A DNA stretch of 64,000 bases, taken from positions 7,275 through 71,274 of the IMG/VR virus record IMGVR_UViG_3300017971_000280. The stretch is one strand, 5' to 3'. The notes below the pieces were generated by a model. The model ran no database searches, had not been told where the DNA came from, and worked only from the letters and a program-made list of their open reading frames with translations. Positions within the stretch are counted from its first letter, which is position 1, and each line of letters opens with the position of its first letter. This DNA comes from a virus. Of this stretch, positions 55,253 through 64,000 are shown in pieces. Made by a program: the position numbers and the translations under genes.

Positions 55253-56792
55253 GACACCTCTAACTAAAGAGGAGATTGATGAGATTGACTTACGAGCAGA
55301 GAATGAGGATGACCTGTTCGGTGAGAGTAAACAGAATACAGTAGAAACAGAGGATGAGACTAGGATTCCTGTTTCATATGAGAATGCTGAAGAGGCTCTT
55401 CTTGCTATGTTTATTCAGGATGACGACATTGCAACATTAATTGCTCAAAGTGGGTTAAGAGACATTCATTTTCTCAAACGTAAAAATAAGATACTATTTC
55501 CTATCATTCTTAACGTCAGGTTTAATAAGGGAGTTTGCAATTTTGATTTAATAGCTGACCAACTTGAAAAAGAAACTATGCAAGATGGTCAATCAGTGCT
55601 TGATTTCATTGGTGGGCTTGAGGAACTAAATAAAATCATTGCTTGCACCCCTGCTGTGATGGACTTAAAGGTAGCTCAAGGATACATTGATATAGTTTTT
55701 GAGCAGTTCAAGTTGGCTAAAGTTAAGGAAGCGGCACGTTGGATAGTAAGTCAACGAAAGTTTGATGAAGCAAAGATTGTTGATAAAGTATCGGTGCTTC
55801 AACAAGCAATCTCTGATGATACTCTAGGTAAGTATGGGTTAGTTCCTCTTGATGTTCTTGCAGATGATTCATATGAGCGTTATAAGGATAGACGACTTAA
55901 TCCAGAGAAACATGTGGGGATTAAAACCGATTTTTACTGGATAGATAAATATAAAGCAATAGCTAAAAAGCATACATGTGTTATTGGTGCTAGGACAAGC
56001 GTTGGTAAAAGTGTATTTATTTCTAACATTGTAACCAGAATGCTACTTGGTGATTTTAAGGTTCTATTATTTACTCCTGAGCTTGATAGGAAGGAATATA
56101 TAGATAGGTTAATATGTGCATTGGCTCGTGTAGAAATAGACGCATACAAAAATGCTACAATTGATGATAGTGATGTGGATAAGATAGGTGTAGCAAAGTC
56201 AAAATTGCTAAAGAAGGCACATAACCTATACATAGAAGATAAAGGTTCTCAGAGTTGCGGGTTCATCTTAAACAGTGTCAGAAAGCATATGCTTAACCAT
56301 CAAGTTGATGTAGTTGTCATTGATTATCTACAAAAACTTCGTTATTATGGAGAGAATACAAAGAGAGCAATAACAGACATGATGGAAAAGTTCTGTTCCT
56401 TTGGCAAAGATAATAATATTGCGTTTATTATCGCAAGTCAGTTGAGACGTAGTATTGAGGCAGAACCAAAAATATCCGATTTGAAGGAAAGTGGTGATAT
56501 TGAAAACTTTGCGGATAGTGTTATATTGCTACATAGAAATAGCATAACAAAGCACGAAGAGAGAAGCAAGGGATGGTATAGAATAGATAAAAATAGACAG
56601 GGGCAAATTACAGATAATGTTGCACTCACCTTCAATGAGCACATCTTAAAATTTACCGAAAATGACATTCCAACGGATGGAGTAGATGAGCAAGGGACAC
56701 TCATTGGTGGTTATGATGATGTGGCTGATGAGGATAGACCAACAGAGCAGATAGTTGTAGAAAAGATTATAAAGGAGCAAGGTAAGCTGTAA
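55239..56792 (+). CDS. dnaB: DnaB-like replicative helicase
   Basis: GARTSVGKS, VIDYLQ, SQLRR, DLKESGDIE..AD, KNRQG. Confidence 0.92.
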   Translation: MVEDKTPLTKEEIDEIDLRAENEDDLFGESKQNTVETEDETRIPVSYENAEEALLAMFIQDDDIATLIAQSGLRDIHFLKRKNKILFPIILNVRFNKGVCNFDLIADQLEKETMQDGQSVLDFIGGLEELNKIIACTPAVMDLKVAQGYIDIVFEQFKLAKVKEAARWIVSQRKFDEAKIVDKVSVLQQAISDDTLGKYGLVPLDVLADDSYERYKDRRLNPEKHVGIKTDFYWIDKYKAIAKKHTCVIGARTSVGKSVFISNIVTRMLLGDFKVLLFTPELDRKEYIDRLICALARVEIDAYKNATIDDSDVDKIGVAKSKLLKKAHNLYIEDKGSQSCGFILNSVRKHMLNHQVDVVVIDYLQKLRYYGENTKRAITDMMEKFCSFGKDNNIAFIIASQLRRSIEAEPKISDLKESGDIENFADSVILLHRNSITKHEERSKGWYRIDKNRQGQITDNVALTFNEHILKFTENDIPTDGVDEQGTLIGGYDDVADEDRPTEQIVVEKIIKEQGKL

Positions 56793-57265
56793 TGTCAATT
56801 CAAAAAGGAAAAGTGTTTGAGAAGGAAACTGCGGCATTAGCTGGTGTTTCTCCACAAGGAAATCCCTATGGTAAAAGAATTCAAAAGTCTGGAGCAATTG
56901 GTACAACAGAGGGAATATCAGCACTAGCTGGAGATGCAAGATGGATATTACCCTGGCTTGATTCAGAGGTACATGTAGAATGTAAGCATGGATATAGTGA
57001 CAAAGGGCAAGAAAAGAAGTCAATGCGTATTGAACGTGAGTGGTTTGATAAGCATATGACGCAAGCTAAAGCTTTAGAGTTTTATCCAGCGTTTGCGTTC
57101 AAGTTCAAGTTTACTCAACAGAATGGTATGAGTAAAATGGTTGTAATTCCGTTTCCAGTTATGGAAAGAATCCTACATGCGGCTAATAATGTCTATGAAG
57201 AACTAGAAGAGAAGAAGAGAGAATTAGTTATGTGGGAACAAGGTATAAAGAGGTATGAGGAGTAG
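56792..57265 (+). CDS. Holliday junction resolvase-like PD-(D/E)xK nuclease
   Basis: KGKVFEKE, SGA, GD, VECK. Confidence 0.7.
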   Translation: MSIQKGKVFEKETAALAGVSPQGNPYGKRIQKSGAIGTTEGISALAGDARWILPWLDSEVHVECKHGYSDKGQEKKSMRIEREWFDKHMTQAKALEFYPAFAFKFKFTQQNGMSKMVVIPFPVMERILHAANNVYEELEEKKRELVMWEQGIKRYEE

Positions 57266-57267
57266 GT

Positions 57268-57885
57268 ATGGATATTATAGAACCCTCAGTTGAGATAATT
57301 GATGAGTTAGATGAGGATTACTTGGTTCGAAAGCTCGAACTCTGTGGTAGAACTGCTTATAAGTCTGAGGACAAAATAACAAAAGGTTCTGCGGAGAGAT
57401 TCATTCGTAGCATAATCAAATCGGGGCATGGCAGTGTTTTAGAACACGTTAATATTACCGTTAAATTCATCTGTGACAGAGGGGTAACACACGAACTTGT
57501 TCGTCATCGTATAGCTTCTTATACTCAAGAGTCTACTAGATATTGCAATTACAGTAAGAAAGGTGTCGTGTTTATTAACCCACCTTGGGGTTTTGATAAG
57601 TTAGATTTGATGTTCTTAGAAGCTGTTGAAGAACAGTATAATCGTAAGATTAGAGAAGGTCAGACACCACAACAAGCAAGAGCTTATTTACCTAATTGCT
57701 TGAAAACTGAAATAGCTACGACTATGAATGTAAGAGAGTGGAGGCATGTTCTTGGGTTGAGGACACAACCAGACTGTCATCCACAGATGCGTCAGATTAT
57801 GACCATACTCTTGTTGGAGTTCAGAAAAAAGTTACCCATCTTGTTTGAAGATGTGGGAGTATTAGATGACTACGGAAAAATGTAA
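57268..57885 (+). CDS. thyX: FAD-dependent thymidylate synthase
   Basis: GH.SVLEH, RHRIASYTQESTRY. Confidence 0.95.
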   Translation: MDIIEPSVEIIDELDEDYLVRKLELCGRTAYKSEDKITKGSAERFIRSIIKSGHGSVLEHVNITVKFICDRGVTHELVRHRIASYTQESTRYCNYSKKGVVFINPPWGFDKLDLMFLEAVEEQYNRKIREGQTPQQARAYLPNCLKTEIATTMNVREWRHVLGLRTQPDCHPQMRQIMTILLLEFRKKLPILFEDVGVLDDYGKM

Positions 57886-58084
57886 GTGGTTTTATACCTT
57901 CCTGCTTTTGATAATTACTATTGGTTGGGCAGTCTTTACTATCTTTATGGTTAAAGAAGCACTAAATGAACCAACTCCAGTTAATGTCATTGAGGCATCT
58001 GGAAGTGGTGTTTTACTAGGTGCTCTAATTACTTGGAATAATGATGTAAAGCAGTACTGGTTCAGAAAGAAGTTGGAAGACTAA
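57866..58084 (+). CDS. Small two-TM membrane protein (holin-like topology)
   Basis: Two hydrophobic segments, YWFRKK tail. Confidence 0.55.
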   Translation: MTTEKCKWFYTFLLLIITIGWAVFTIFMVKEALNEPTPVNVIEASGSGVLLGALITWNNDVKQYWFRKKLED

Positions 58085-58293
58085 TGCGAAAAAATCGCTT
58101 TTATGACTTGTTTACGGAAGTAGAAATACCTAATGAAGAAGAACGTAGGGCAGTTAATTGCTTTTATGCCGACCTAATTGTATGTGATAAGCGGGTTGCT
58201 GGCAAGTGTAGACAAGAATCATATCGGTTATGGCGGAAGTGTCCAAAACAAACTAAAAAAACATATAAACGTGAGGAGAAGGAAATTCTATGA
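58084..58293 (+). CDS. Hypothetical protein
   Basis: ORF track; overlapping start and stop codons. Confidence 0.55.
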   Translation: MRKNRFYDLFTEVEIPNEEERRAVNCFYADLIVCDKRVAGKCRQESYRLWRKCPKQTKKTYKREEKEIL

Positions 58294-59348
58294 TAGATTG
58301 GACTTTTGATAAGGCGGCAAGATTACAAGAGCTTGTATGCGACCCCGAAGGGTACAGTGAGAGTCAGATAGCTCGTATAATGACTCAAGAATTTGAAGAA
58401 GAGTTTAGTAGAGATGCCGTCCATAATAAGATTATTAGACTCGATTTGAGGTCGCTACTTAACAAGGCTGTTACAGATTTCATGCCATACTTTAATAAGT
58501 ATCGTGAGATTATTGAAGGAGAAGGCGAGGTTGAGAAGACTTTTCAGATTGAACAAAACCAAACAACAGTTGATATTCCTAGTGAAAGGTTAAAGATTCT
58601 ACACCTTGGTGATTTACACATACCGTTCCAAAATGATGAACAGGTTCAGGTGGCAGTAAATAGAAACAGAACAGCAGATATTGCCGTTGTTATTGAGATT
58701 TCAGACTGTTACTCAATATCAAGGTTCAACAAGAATTTGTCTGTACCTTTCCAGATAGAGATTGACAACATCCTGAGATACTTTGAGTATTTGAGCGAAA
58801 CCTTCCCATTGGTATTTGTAGCTGGTGGAAACCATGAGAAACGTGTTAATAAGACATTCACCAAAGGTGTTCCAGAAAGCTTACTGTTCTTGGTTAAATC
58901 TAATATGTTGCGGATGTTGGCTAGACCGTTTCCAAATATTATAGTATTTGACCAACCAATAATGCAAATAAATGACGCTATCTTTACACATGCTGAATAT
59001 TTCTCTAAGATAGACTTAAAGTCTGGAATTAATGTTTACCAGTTTTTGACAGAATGGAAGAAAGCATTAGACCTTTGCGACTATAGGTTAGTGGTTCAAT
59101 CTCATACTCATATGCTTGGTGCAACATACAGACAAGGTGGTGAATTGAAAGTGATTGAGAGTGGGTGTTTATGTAGGATTCCTGATTATGCTGTAGTTAA
59201 CTTCTACTCAAAACCACAGATAAATGGGTATGTTGTTGTTGTTCAAAAGAATGGTGAAACGGATTTTGATATGACAAGGGAGTTCTCATTCCCAACTTCC
59301 AAATATATTCCAGCTTGGAATCCGTTGGTGGGAGAAAAAGATGTATAG
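58290..59348 (+). CDS. Metallophosphoesterase with N-terminal HTH-like region
   Basis: GDLHIP, GNHE, THAE, SHTH, ESGCLC. Confidence 0.8.
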   Translation: MIDWTFDKAARLQELVCDPEGYSESQIARIMTQEFEEEFSRDAVHNKIIRLDLRSLLNKAVTDFMPYFNKYREIIEGEGEVEKTFQIEQNQTTVDIPSERLKILHLGDLHIPFQNDEQVQVAVNRNRTADIAVVIEISDCYSISRFNKNLSVPFQIEIDNILRYFEYLSETFPLVFVAGGNHEKRVNKTFTKGVPESLLFLVKSNMLRMLARPFPNIIVFDQPIMQINDAIFTHAEYFSKIDLKSGINVYQFLTEWKKALDLCDYRLVVQSHTHMLGATYRQGGELKVIESGCLCRIPDYAVVNFYSKPQINGYVVVVQKNGETDFDMTREFSFPTSKYIPAWNPLVGEKDV

Positions 59349-59754
59349 AATAGAAGGTGATGGTACTTATCAACGTACCATTATTTGGAGAGATAACGAG
59401 CAAATTTCTTATGAGTACTGTATGTTCAAGATTACTCCGAATGAATGTATAGCAGACGTAGATGGTATTGAGGGTAAGATTGACCGAATGGTTCTTAGTG
59501 GTATCTACTTAATAATTAGTGATGGAGACTTCACCAACTCTAAAGTTATTTTCTGTGATGAAATGTTGCGTGGTGTTCAGGCTTTGGTAGGACAGATAAA
59601 GGTGAATCATCATCCAGTGCTTGCTTTAGATATTATTATGCTACCGCACATAATTGAAGAAGAACCAGAAGTACCACCAATTAAAGTTGATAAGAGACTG
59701 GAAACTTTTGCAGAAGAAAAACCAAAGAGGATTAAGAAGAAGGAAAATGTATGA
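59341..59754 (+). CDS. Hypothetical protein
   Basis: ORF track. Confidence 0.6.
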   Translation: MYRIEGDGTYQRTIIWRDNEQISYEYCMFKITPNECIADVDGIEGKIDRMVLSGIYLIISDGDFTNSKVIFCDEMLRGVQALVGQIKVNHHPVLALDIIMLPHIIEEEPEVPPIKVDKRLETFAEEKPKRIKKKENV

Positions 59755-60184
59755 GGTGTGGGTTGACGGTTCTGTACGAAACGGTAATCCTGGTTTTGGT
59801 GGGGTTGGCGTTTATGTAGAGCACAATGGTGTCGAAGTTTGGAGATATTCCTCACTATGGGGTCAGGATGTCTCTAACAACCAAGTAGAATATGCGGCTA
59901 TGATAGATGCTCTAGAGTACTTAGAAAGTGCCAACACCGCAAAAGAAGATTGTATAATACATACGGATAGTGCTCTTGTTCACGGTCAACTGGTTAAGAA
60001 GTGGAAGTGCAACTTTACACATCTGAGACAACTAAGAGATGATGCTAAACGTGTACTGGACTCAGTACCGTTTAAAATAGAGATACTTTGGAGTAATAGG
60101 CTAACTAATGAGATTGCTAATGAGTTAGCTCAAGCAGTCACAGCAGAGGAAAAGGAGAGGATTAAATGGAGTTTGATGAAGTAA
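59747..60184 (+). CDS. rnhA: Ribonuclease HI family protein
   Basis: VDGS...NPG, NNQVEY, TDS.LV..Q, NEIANELA. Confidence 0.85.
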   Translation: MYEVWVDGSVRNGNPGFGGVGVYVEHNGVEVWRYSSLWGQDVSNNQVEYAAMIDALEYLESANTAKEDCIIHTDSALVHGQLVKKWKCNFTHLRQLRDDAKRVLDSVPFKIEILWSNRLTNEIANELAQAVTAEEKERIKWSLMK

Positions 60185-60555
60185 AAGATAGTGGTGAACG
60201 TCAAGAGTTTGAAACTGGTAGCAAGCGAGATACCAGAGACGGTAAGGGACGTTTTGACCTCATTCCCCCGTATGCTTTAACCAGACTTGCTAGGCATTAT
60301 GAAAATGGTGCTAAAAAATATGGTGATAGAAATTGGGAAAAGGGACAACCACTAGCTCGTTATCTGGATTCTATGATTCGACATGCTTACAAGTTTTTAG
60401 GTGGTAGTCGAGAAGAAGACCACTTAGCGGCTGTAGCTTGGAATGCTCTTGCTTATATTGAGACTGAGAATAGAATCAATCAGGGTATTTTACCTAAAGA
60501 GCTTGATGACATAGAACCAGTGAGGAAAATGTTAAATGGAGAAGCACAAGAATAA
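60166..60555 (+). CDS. dATP/dGTP diphosphohydrolase-domain protein (DUF5664-like)
   Basis: TGSKRD..GKGRFDLIP, GAKKY..RNWEKG, EDHLAAVAWN. Confidence 0.8.
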   Translation: MEFDEVKDSGERQEFETGSKRDTRDGKGRFDLIPPYALTRLARHYENGAKKYGDRNWEKGQPLARYLDSMIRHAYKFLGGSREEDHLAAVAWNALAYIETENRINQGILPKELDDIEPVRKMLNGEAQE

Positions 60556-60940
60556 AGCTTTAGAAAAAGATTGTCTCTGTTCTAAGTGTATATTTAGGTT
60601 TCAATGTTTCACTCAGGAGAGAGTATTCTCAGACCCTATCTACCAAGGGTTGTTTGAGGCATTGATGGCAAAAGGTAGGTCTAGAGAGGAAGCAATTGAC
60701 GAGGTTACTCAAGAGATAAAGAATAGAATTGGTGGTGGATACCATATTGAAATTGACCCACCTTCACCAAATTCTGCACCATACCCATATTATCAACCAA
60801 TTACAATACAACCTTGGACAATTATCTCAGACCATTGTCAAATGTCGGATAATATATCTATTCTACCAATGGAAAATGGTACTTTTCAGATTAGTTATAC
60901 GATGCTTGATGGAGAGGAAGTCAGTTGGCAATGCAAATAA
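60536..60940 (+). CDS. Hypothetical protein with CxxCxFRFQCFT motif
   Basis: ORF track. Confidence 0.6.
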   Translation: MEKHKNKALEKDCLCSKCIFRFQCFTQERVFSDPIYQGLFEALMAKGRSREEAIDEVTQEIKNRIGGGYHIEIDPPSPNSAPYPYYQPITIQPWTIISDHCQMSDNISILPMENGTFQISYTMLDGEEVSWQCK

Positions 60941-62922
60941 CAAAAGACAAATATGAGTTCATAGAAAAAGACGCAGAGATACCTTTGGTATTAGCGGAAG
61001 CAGAACAATGTAAATATATCGGTCTTGATACGGAAAATTCGGGTGGACTTGACATTCTCAAACCAGAAGTCAAGTTACTTCTTGTTCAACTTGAACTGAA
61101 TGGCAAAGCATATCTTATTGATGCTCGGAAAGTTAATATAGCTCTTCTTAGTGAATTGCTAACGAACAGGAAGCGGTGGATTAAAATTGTTCAGAATGGT
61201 ATTTACGATTATAAGATTTTGAAAGTCTTGTGTGGTATTCCTTTACGTGGTATTTTTGATACCATGATAGCAGAGTCATTACTGCATATGGGATTGAGTA
61301 AAGGGGGAAATTCTCTTGAGGCTCTTTCACTTAAATACTTAGAACACAGGATGGACAAAAATGTTAGGTTAACATTTGCTAATCATCCTTATGATGAACC
61401 ATTCACAGAAGAACAACTTGGTTATGCGGCAGGTGATGTTCTTGTTCTGCCAGGGATACGTAGACAGCAACAAATGTATTTAAACCAGTACACACTTAAC
61501 CCAATTGCTGAATTAGAGTTTGCTCTAGTAGAACCAGTTGCAGAGATGGAGCTTGCTGGTATTACACTTGATACTGAGATGTGGCGTAAGAGCTTGGCTA
61601 ACACGGAAAGAAAGCTGTTTAAGTTGAGTACTGAGTTGAGGCAGGTTCTACCAGACCCACCAGCACCTCCACCTAAACCACCAAGGTTGAAGAAAGATGG
61701 TACGCCATTTGCCAATAGTGCAAAAGTTAAACCACCTCCAGTTCTTAATCTTGATAGCTGGCAACAACTTGTGTGGTCTTTTAATGAGATTGGTGTGGAC
61801 TTACAGGAAGTCAACAAGAAGACGAAGAAAGGTCCAACCAATAGTGGAACTATAAAGGTTGCACAAAGTATTTACAGTGACGACCCTGTGAAAGTAGCTA
61901 CGCTCAGAAACTTGATAAAGTACAGGGAGTTTAATCAGGTCAAGAAAACTTTTGGTGAGAATCTTATTGAACACGTTAGAGAAGATGGTAGGATTCATGC
62001 TAAATTTCATCAGAATGGAACTGAAAGTGGGCGGTTCAGTAGCTCTGAACCTAATCTACAAAACATTCAGAAGAAGGGTGAAGAAGGTAAGATATTAAGG
62101 TCTTGCTTTGTTCCAGCACCAGGTCATAAATTTGTTATTGCTGATTATTCTCAGATTGAGTTGAGGATAGCGGCAGAGCTAAGTAATGACTTAGTAATGT
62201 TAGCTATGTTCCAAGACCCAAAGACAGACATTCATAGAATGACTGCTTCTCAAATGTACGGTGTTCCATATGATTTGGTTTCTTCAACATTGAGAAGAGC
62301 GGCTAAGACCCTGAACTTTGGTATCATCTATGGTATGATGGTAAAGACTCTATCAGAACGACTTAACTGTTCTTCAGAAGAAGCGGCAGAGCATTTACAG
62401 AAGTATAATGAGACATATCATGTTTTGATGGGGTGGTTGGAAGATGAGGGTAATAAAGCATACAATAGAGGTTGGACTAAGACAATAGGTGGCAGGATTA
62501 GGTGGTTTCCTACTTTAAATGAAAAAGACTTCGAGACAAAGCGAGAGTTTAATAACATGGTTGATTTCTACAAAAGAGTGGGAAGAAATCATCCTGTTCA
62601 GGGGACATCTGCTGATATGACCAAAACATCTATTGCTTTACTTTATTTTCCTTTGATAAAACTAATGTCCAAGTTTGTCAATACCATCCACGATGAGCTT
62701 TGTGTTGAGACACCAACTGAATGTGCTCTTGAAGTAGCTCGTACAGTTAAAGAGAAAATGATTCATGCAGGAGAACAATATTTACACAAAGTTCCTGTTC
62801 TGGTTGATGTGAAGATACGAGACTGTTGGTGGGCAAGTGATGATGTTCCTGATGATGAAAACTGTCAACAACTATGGTTGATGCCACCACAGTCTGGATT
62901 GGAAAATGGTAACGGCGACTAA
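60931..62922 (+). CDS. polA: Family A DNA polymerase with 3'-5' exonuclease
   Basis: LDTE, FDTMIA, YAAGDV; GRFSS.EPNLQNI, DYSQIELR, RAAKTLNFG..YG, IHDEL. Confidence 0.95.
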   Translation: MQITKDKYEFIEKDAEIPLVLAEAEQCKYIGLDTENSGGLDILKPEVKLLLVQLELNGKAYLIDARKVNIALLSELLTNRKRWIKIVQNGIYDYKILKVLCGIPLRGIFDTMIAESLLHMGLSKGGNSLEALSLKYLEHRMDKNVRLTFANHPYDEPFTEEQLGYAAGDVLVLPGIRRQQQMYLNQYTLNPIAELEFALVEPVAEMELAGITLDTEMWRKSLANTERKLFKLSTELRQVLPDPPAPPPKPPRLKKDGTPFANSAKVKPPPVLNLDSWQQLVWSFNEIGVDLQEVNKKTKKGPTNSGTIKVAQSIYSDDPVKVATLRNLIKYREFNQVKKTFGENLIEHVREDGRIHAKFHQNGTESGRFSSSEPNLQNIQKKGEEGKILRSCFVPAPGHKFVIADYSQIELRIAAELSNDLVMLAMFQDPKTDIHRMTASQMYGVPYDLVSSTLRRAAKTLNFGIIYGMMVKTLSERLNCSSEEAAEHLQKYNETYHVLMGWLEDEGNKAYNRGWTKTIGGRIRWFPTLNEKDFETKREFNNMVDFYKRVGRNHPVQGTSADMTKTSIALLYFPLIKLMSKFVNTIHDELCVETPTECALEVARTVKEKMIHAGEQYLHKVPVLVDVKIRDCWWASDDVPDDENCQQLWLMPPQSGLENGNGD

Positions 62923-63226
62923 GAATTGTACAATTTGTGTAGTGGCTATTTGTAAGGAATGTAGGCGAGGAGTAATCTTCAAATATTTAAAACCACTTTC
63001 TAATTTACCGACAGGAAGTGGTGGTGTGGTTCTTACTTCGGGAATGCCATTACGTAGCATGAAACCAGATATTGAATGGTGCGATTGTGGTTCTGATGAA
63101 CCTAGGCACTTATGTAAAGTTGATGAGGATGACACACCAGGTTTATTAGATAAGTGTGAAAAATGTGAGTTTAAGTTTGCATGTGCAACTTCAAGGATAG
63201 AAGTAATTTATAACGGATATAAGTAA
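62906..63226 (+). CDS. Cys-rich hypothetical protein with CxxCxFKFACAT motif
   Basis: ORF track. Confidence 0.55.
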   Translation: MVTATKNCTICVVAICKECRRGVIFKYLKPLSNLPTGSGGVVLTSGMPLRSMKPDIEWCDCGSDEPRHLCKVDEDDTPGLLDKCEKCEFKFACATSRIEVIYNGYK

Positions 63227-63236
63227 GGAGAGGAAA

Positions 63237-63836
63237 ATGGAAGAACATACAAGTCAACATACTAAAGATGTTCATTATATGAAAGTAGCCAAACTTTTTA
63301 TGGAAAGAAGTAAGTGCTTATCGAGAAAGATTGGTGCTGTTTTGGTAAAGGATGATTCTGTAATTGGTACAGGTTATAACGGTCCACCTAGAGGTATTCC
63401 TCATTGTGACCGTAGAGATGATACTGGTAGATACATGGAACATGGTGTTGTACTAGCTACAGCAGATGGTAAACATGTTGATAAGTGTCCAAGGCAGAGA
63501 ATGGGTTTTCCAAGTGGGGAGGGTATGGAATACTGCGTTGCTGTTCATGCGGAAGTGAATCCAATTATGCAAGCGGCAAGAGAAGGTCGTTCGACTATAG
63601 GTGCTACTCTTTATTGTTATTGTGGTACACCTTGTATCAATTGTATGAAGGAAATCATCCAAGCTGGCATTAAGAGAATAGTCTGTCTTGGCAAGAGTGG
63701 TAGTAGTTATGCACCGATTAAAGATGGAGACAACCCCGCAAAAAAAGAGTACAATTTCCCATTATCGGAGCAGTTGTGTAAATTAGCTGGTATCCAGCTT
63801 GATGTAATTACCGAAGAAGAGGTAAAGAATGGTTAA
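63237..63836 (+). CDS. dCMP deaminase
   Basis: RSKC..RKIGAV, GYNG, HAEVN, PCINC. Confidence 0.9.
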   Translation: MEEHTSQHTKDVHYMKVAKLFMERSKCLSRKIGAVLVKDDSVIGTGYNGPPRGIPHCDRRDDTGRYMEHGVVLATADGKHVDKCPRQRMGFPSGEGMEYCVAVHAEVNPIMQAAREGRSTIGATLYCYCGTPCINCMKEIIQAGIKRIVCLGKSGSSYAPIKDGDNPAKKEYNFPLSEQLCKLAGIQLDVITEEEVKNG

Positions 63837-64000
63837 GGACATAAAAGAATTAGTAGATGCAGTCTTAAAAAAGACGGATAAAATATTTGTTCCTGAAGGC
63901 AAAACAACTTGGAGACTACCTGTAGGTATTCCATCATTAGACCGTGTTCTAGGTGGAGGACTTCCAGGTGGAGCGATTGTTCAGATTTATGGTCCAGAGA
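63829..64000 (+). CDS. recA: RecA-family recombinase, 5' part (truncated by window end)
   Basis: Manual translation: MVKDIKELV...GIPSLDRVLGGGLPGGAIVQIYGPE. Confidence 0.8.
   Translation, partial: MVKDIKELVDAVLKKTDKIFVPEGKTTWRLPVGIPSLDRVLGGGLPGGAIVQIYGPE

Noticed and set aside
9451-62922. Inteins in RNR, terminase, helicase or polymerase
   Set aside because: Lengths are normal and no intein splice-junction blocks are evident
1-64000. Stop-codon reassignment
   Set aside because: Genes are full length in code 11, and TAA, TAG and TGA all serve as ordinary stops

Overview
This window is about 64 kb of a large tailed bacteriophage genome, siphovirus-like from its tail tube, frameshifted chaperone and 1248-aa tape measure. 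Almost all genes are on the + strand. In order it contains: (1) an early region (1-4.9 kb) of small ORFs, strong sigma70-type promoters and arrays of a GGCA-N4-TGCC palindrome; (2) a phage tmRNA with an unusually long 39-codon tag ORF, a dense 8x GATC cluster, a stand-alone ClpP and nucleotide-metabolism genes (dut, NDT-like, class II RNR); (3) terminase and portal; (4) a roughly 12-kb GDP-sugar biosynthesis, methyltransferase and glycosyltransferase cluster (fcl, gmm, gmd, perosamine synthase-like, GNAT, three methyltransferases, GT2, GT4) inserted between portal and the head genes; (5) head, neck, tail and fibre genes; (6) a replication module (SSB, primase, DnaB, resolvase, ThyX, RNase H, family A polymerase, dCMP deaminase, partial RecA). 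The leading hypothesis is an autonomous virion O-glycosylation system: predicted exposed tail and fibre proteins are enriched in a (T/P)-x-S-G motif that may be the acceptor sequon for the sugar cluster. A second is a GATC-based regulatory layer: GATC is nearly absent genome-wide but concentrated in promoters and one cluster. All functional calls come from motif recognition by eye and all counts are manual; no database search was run.
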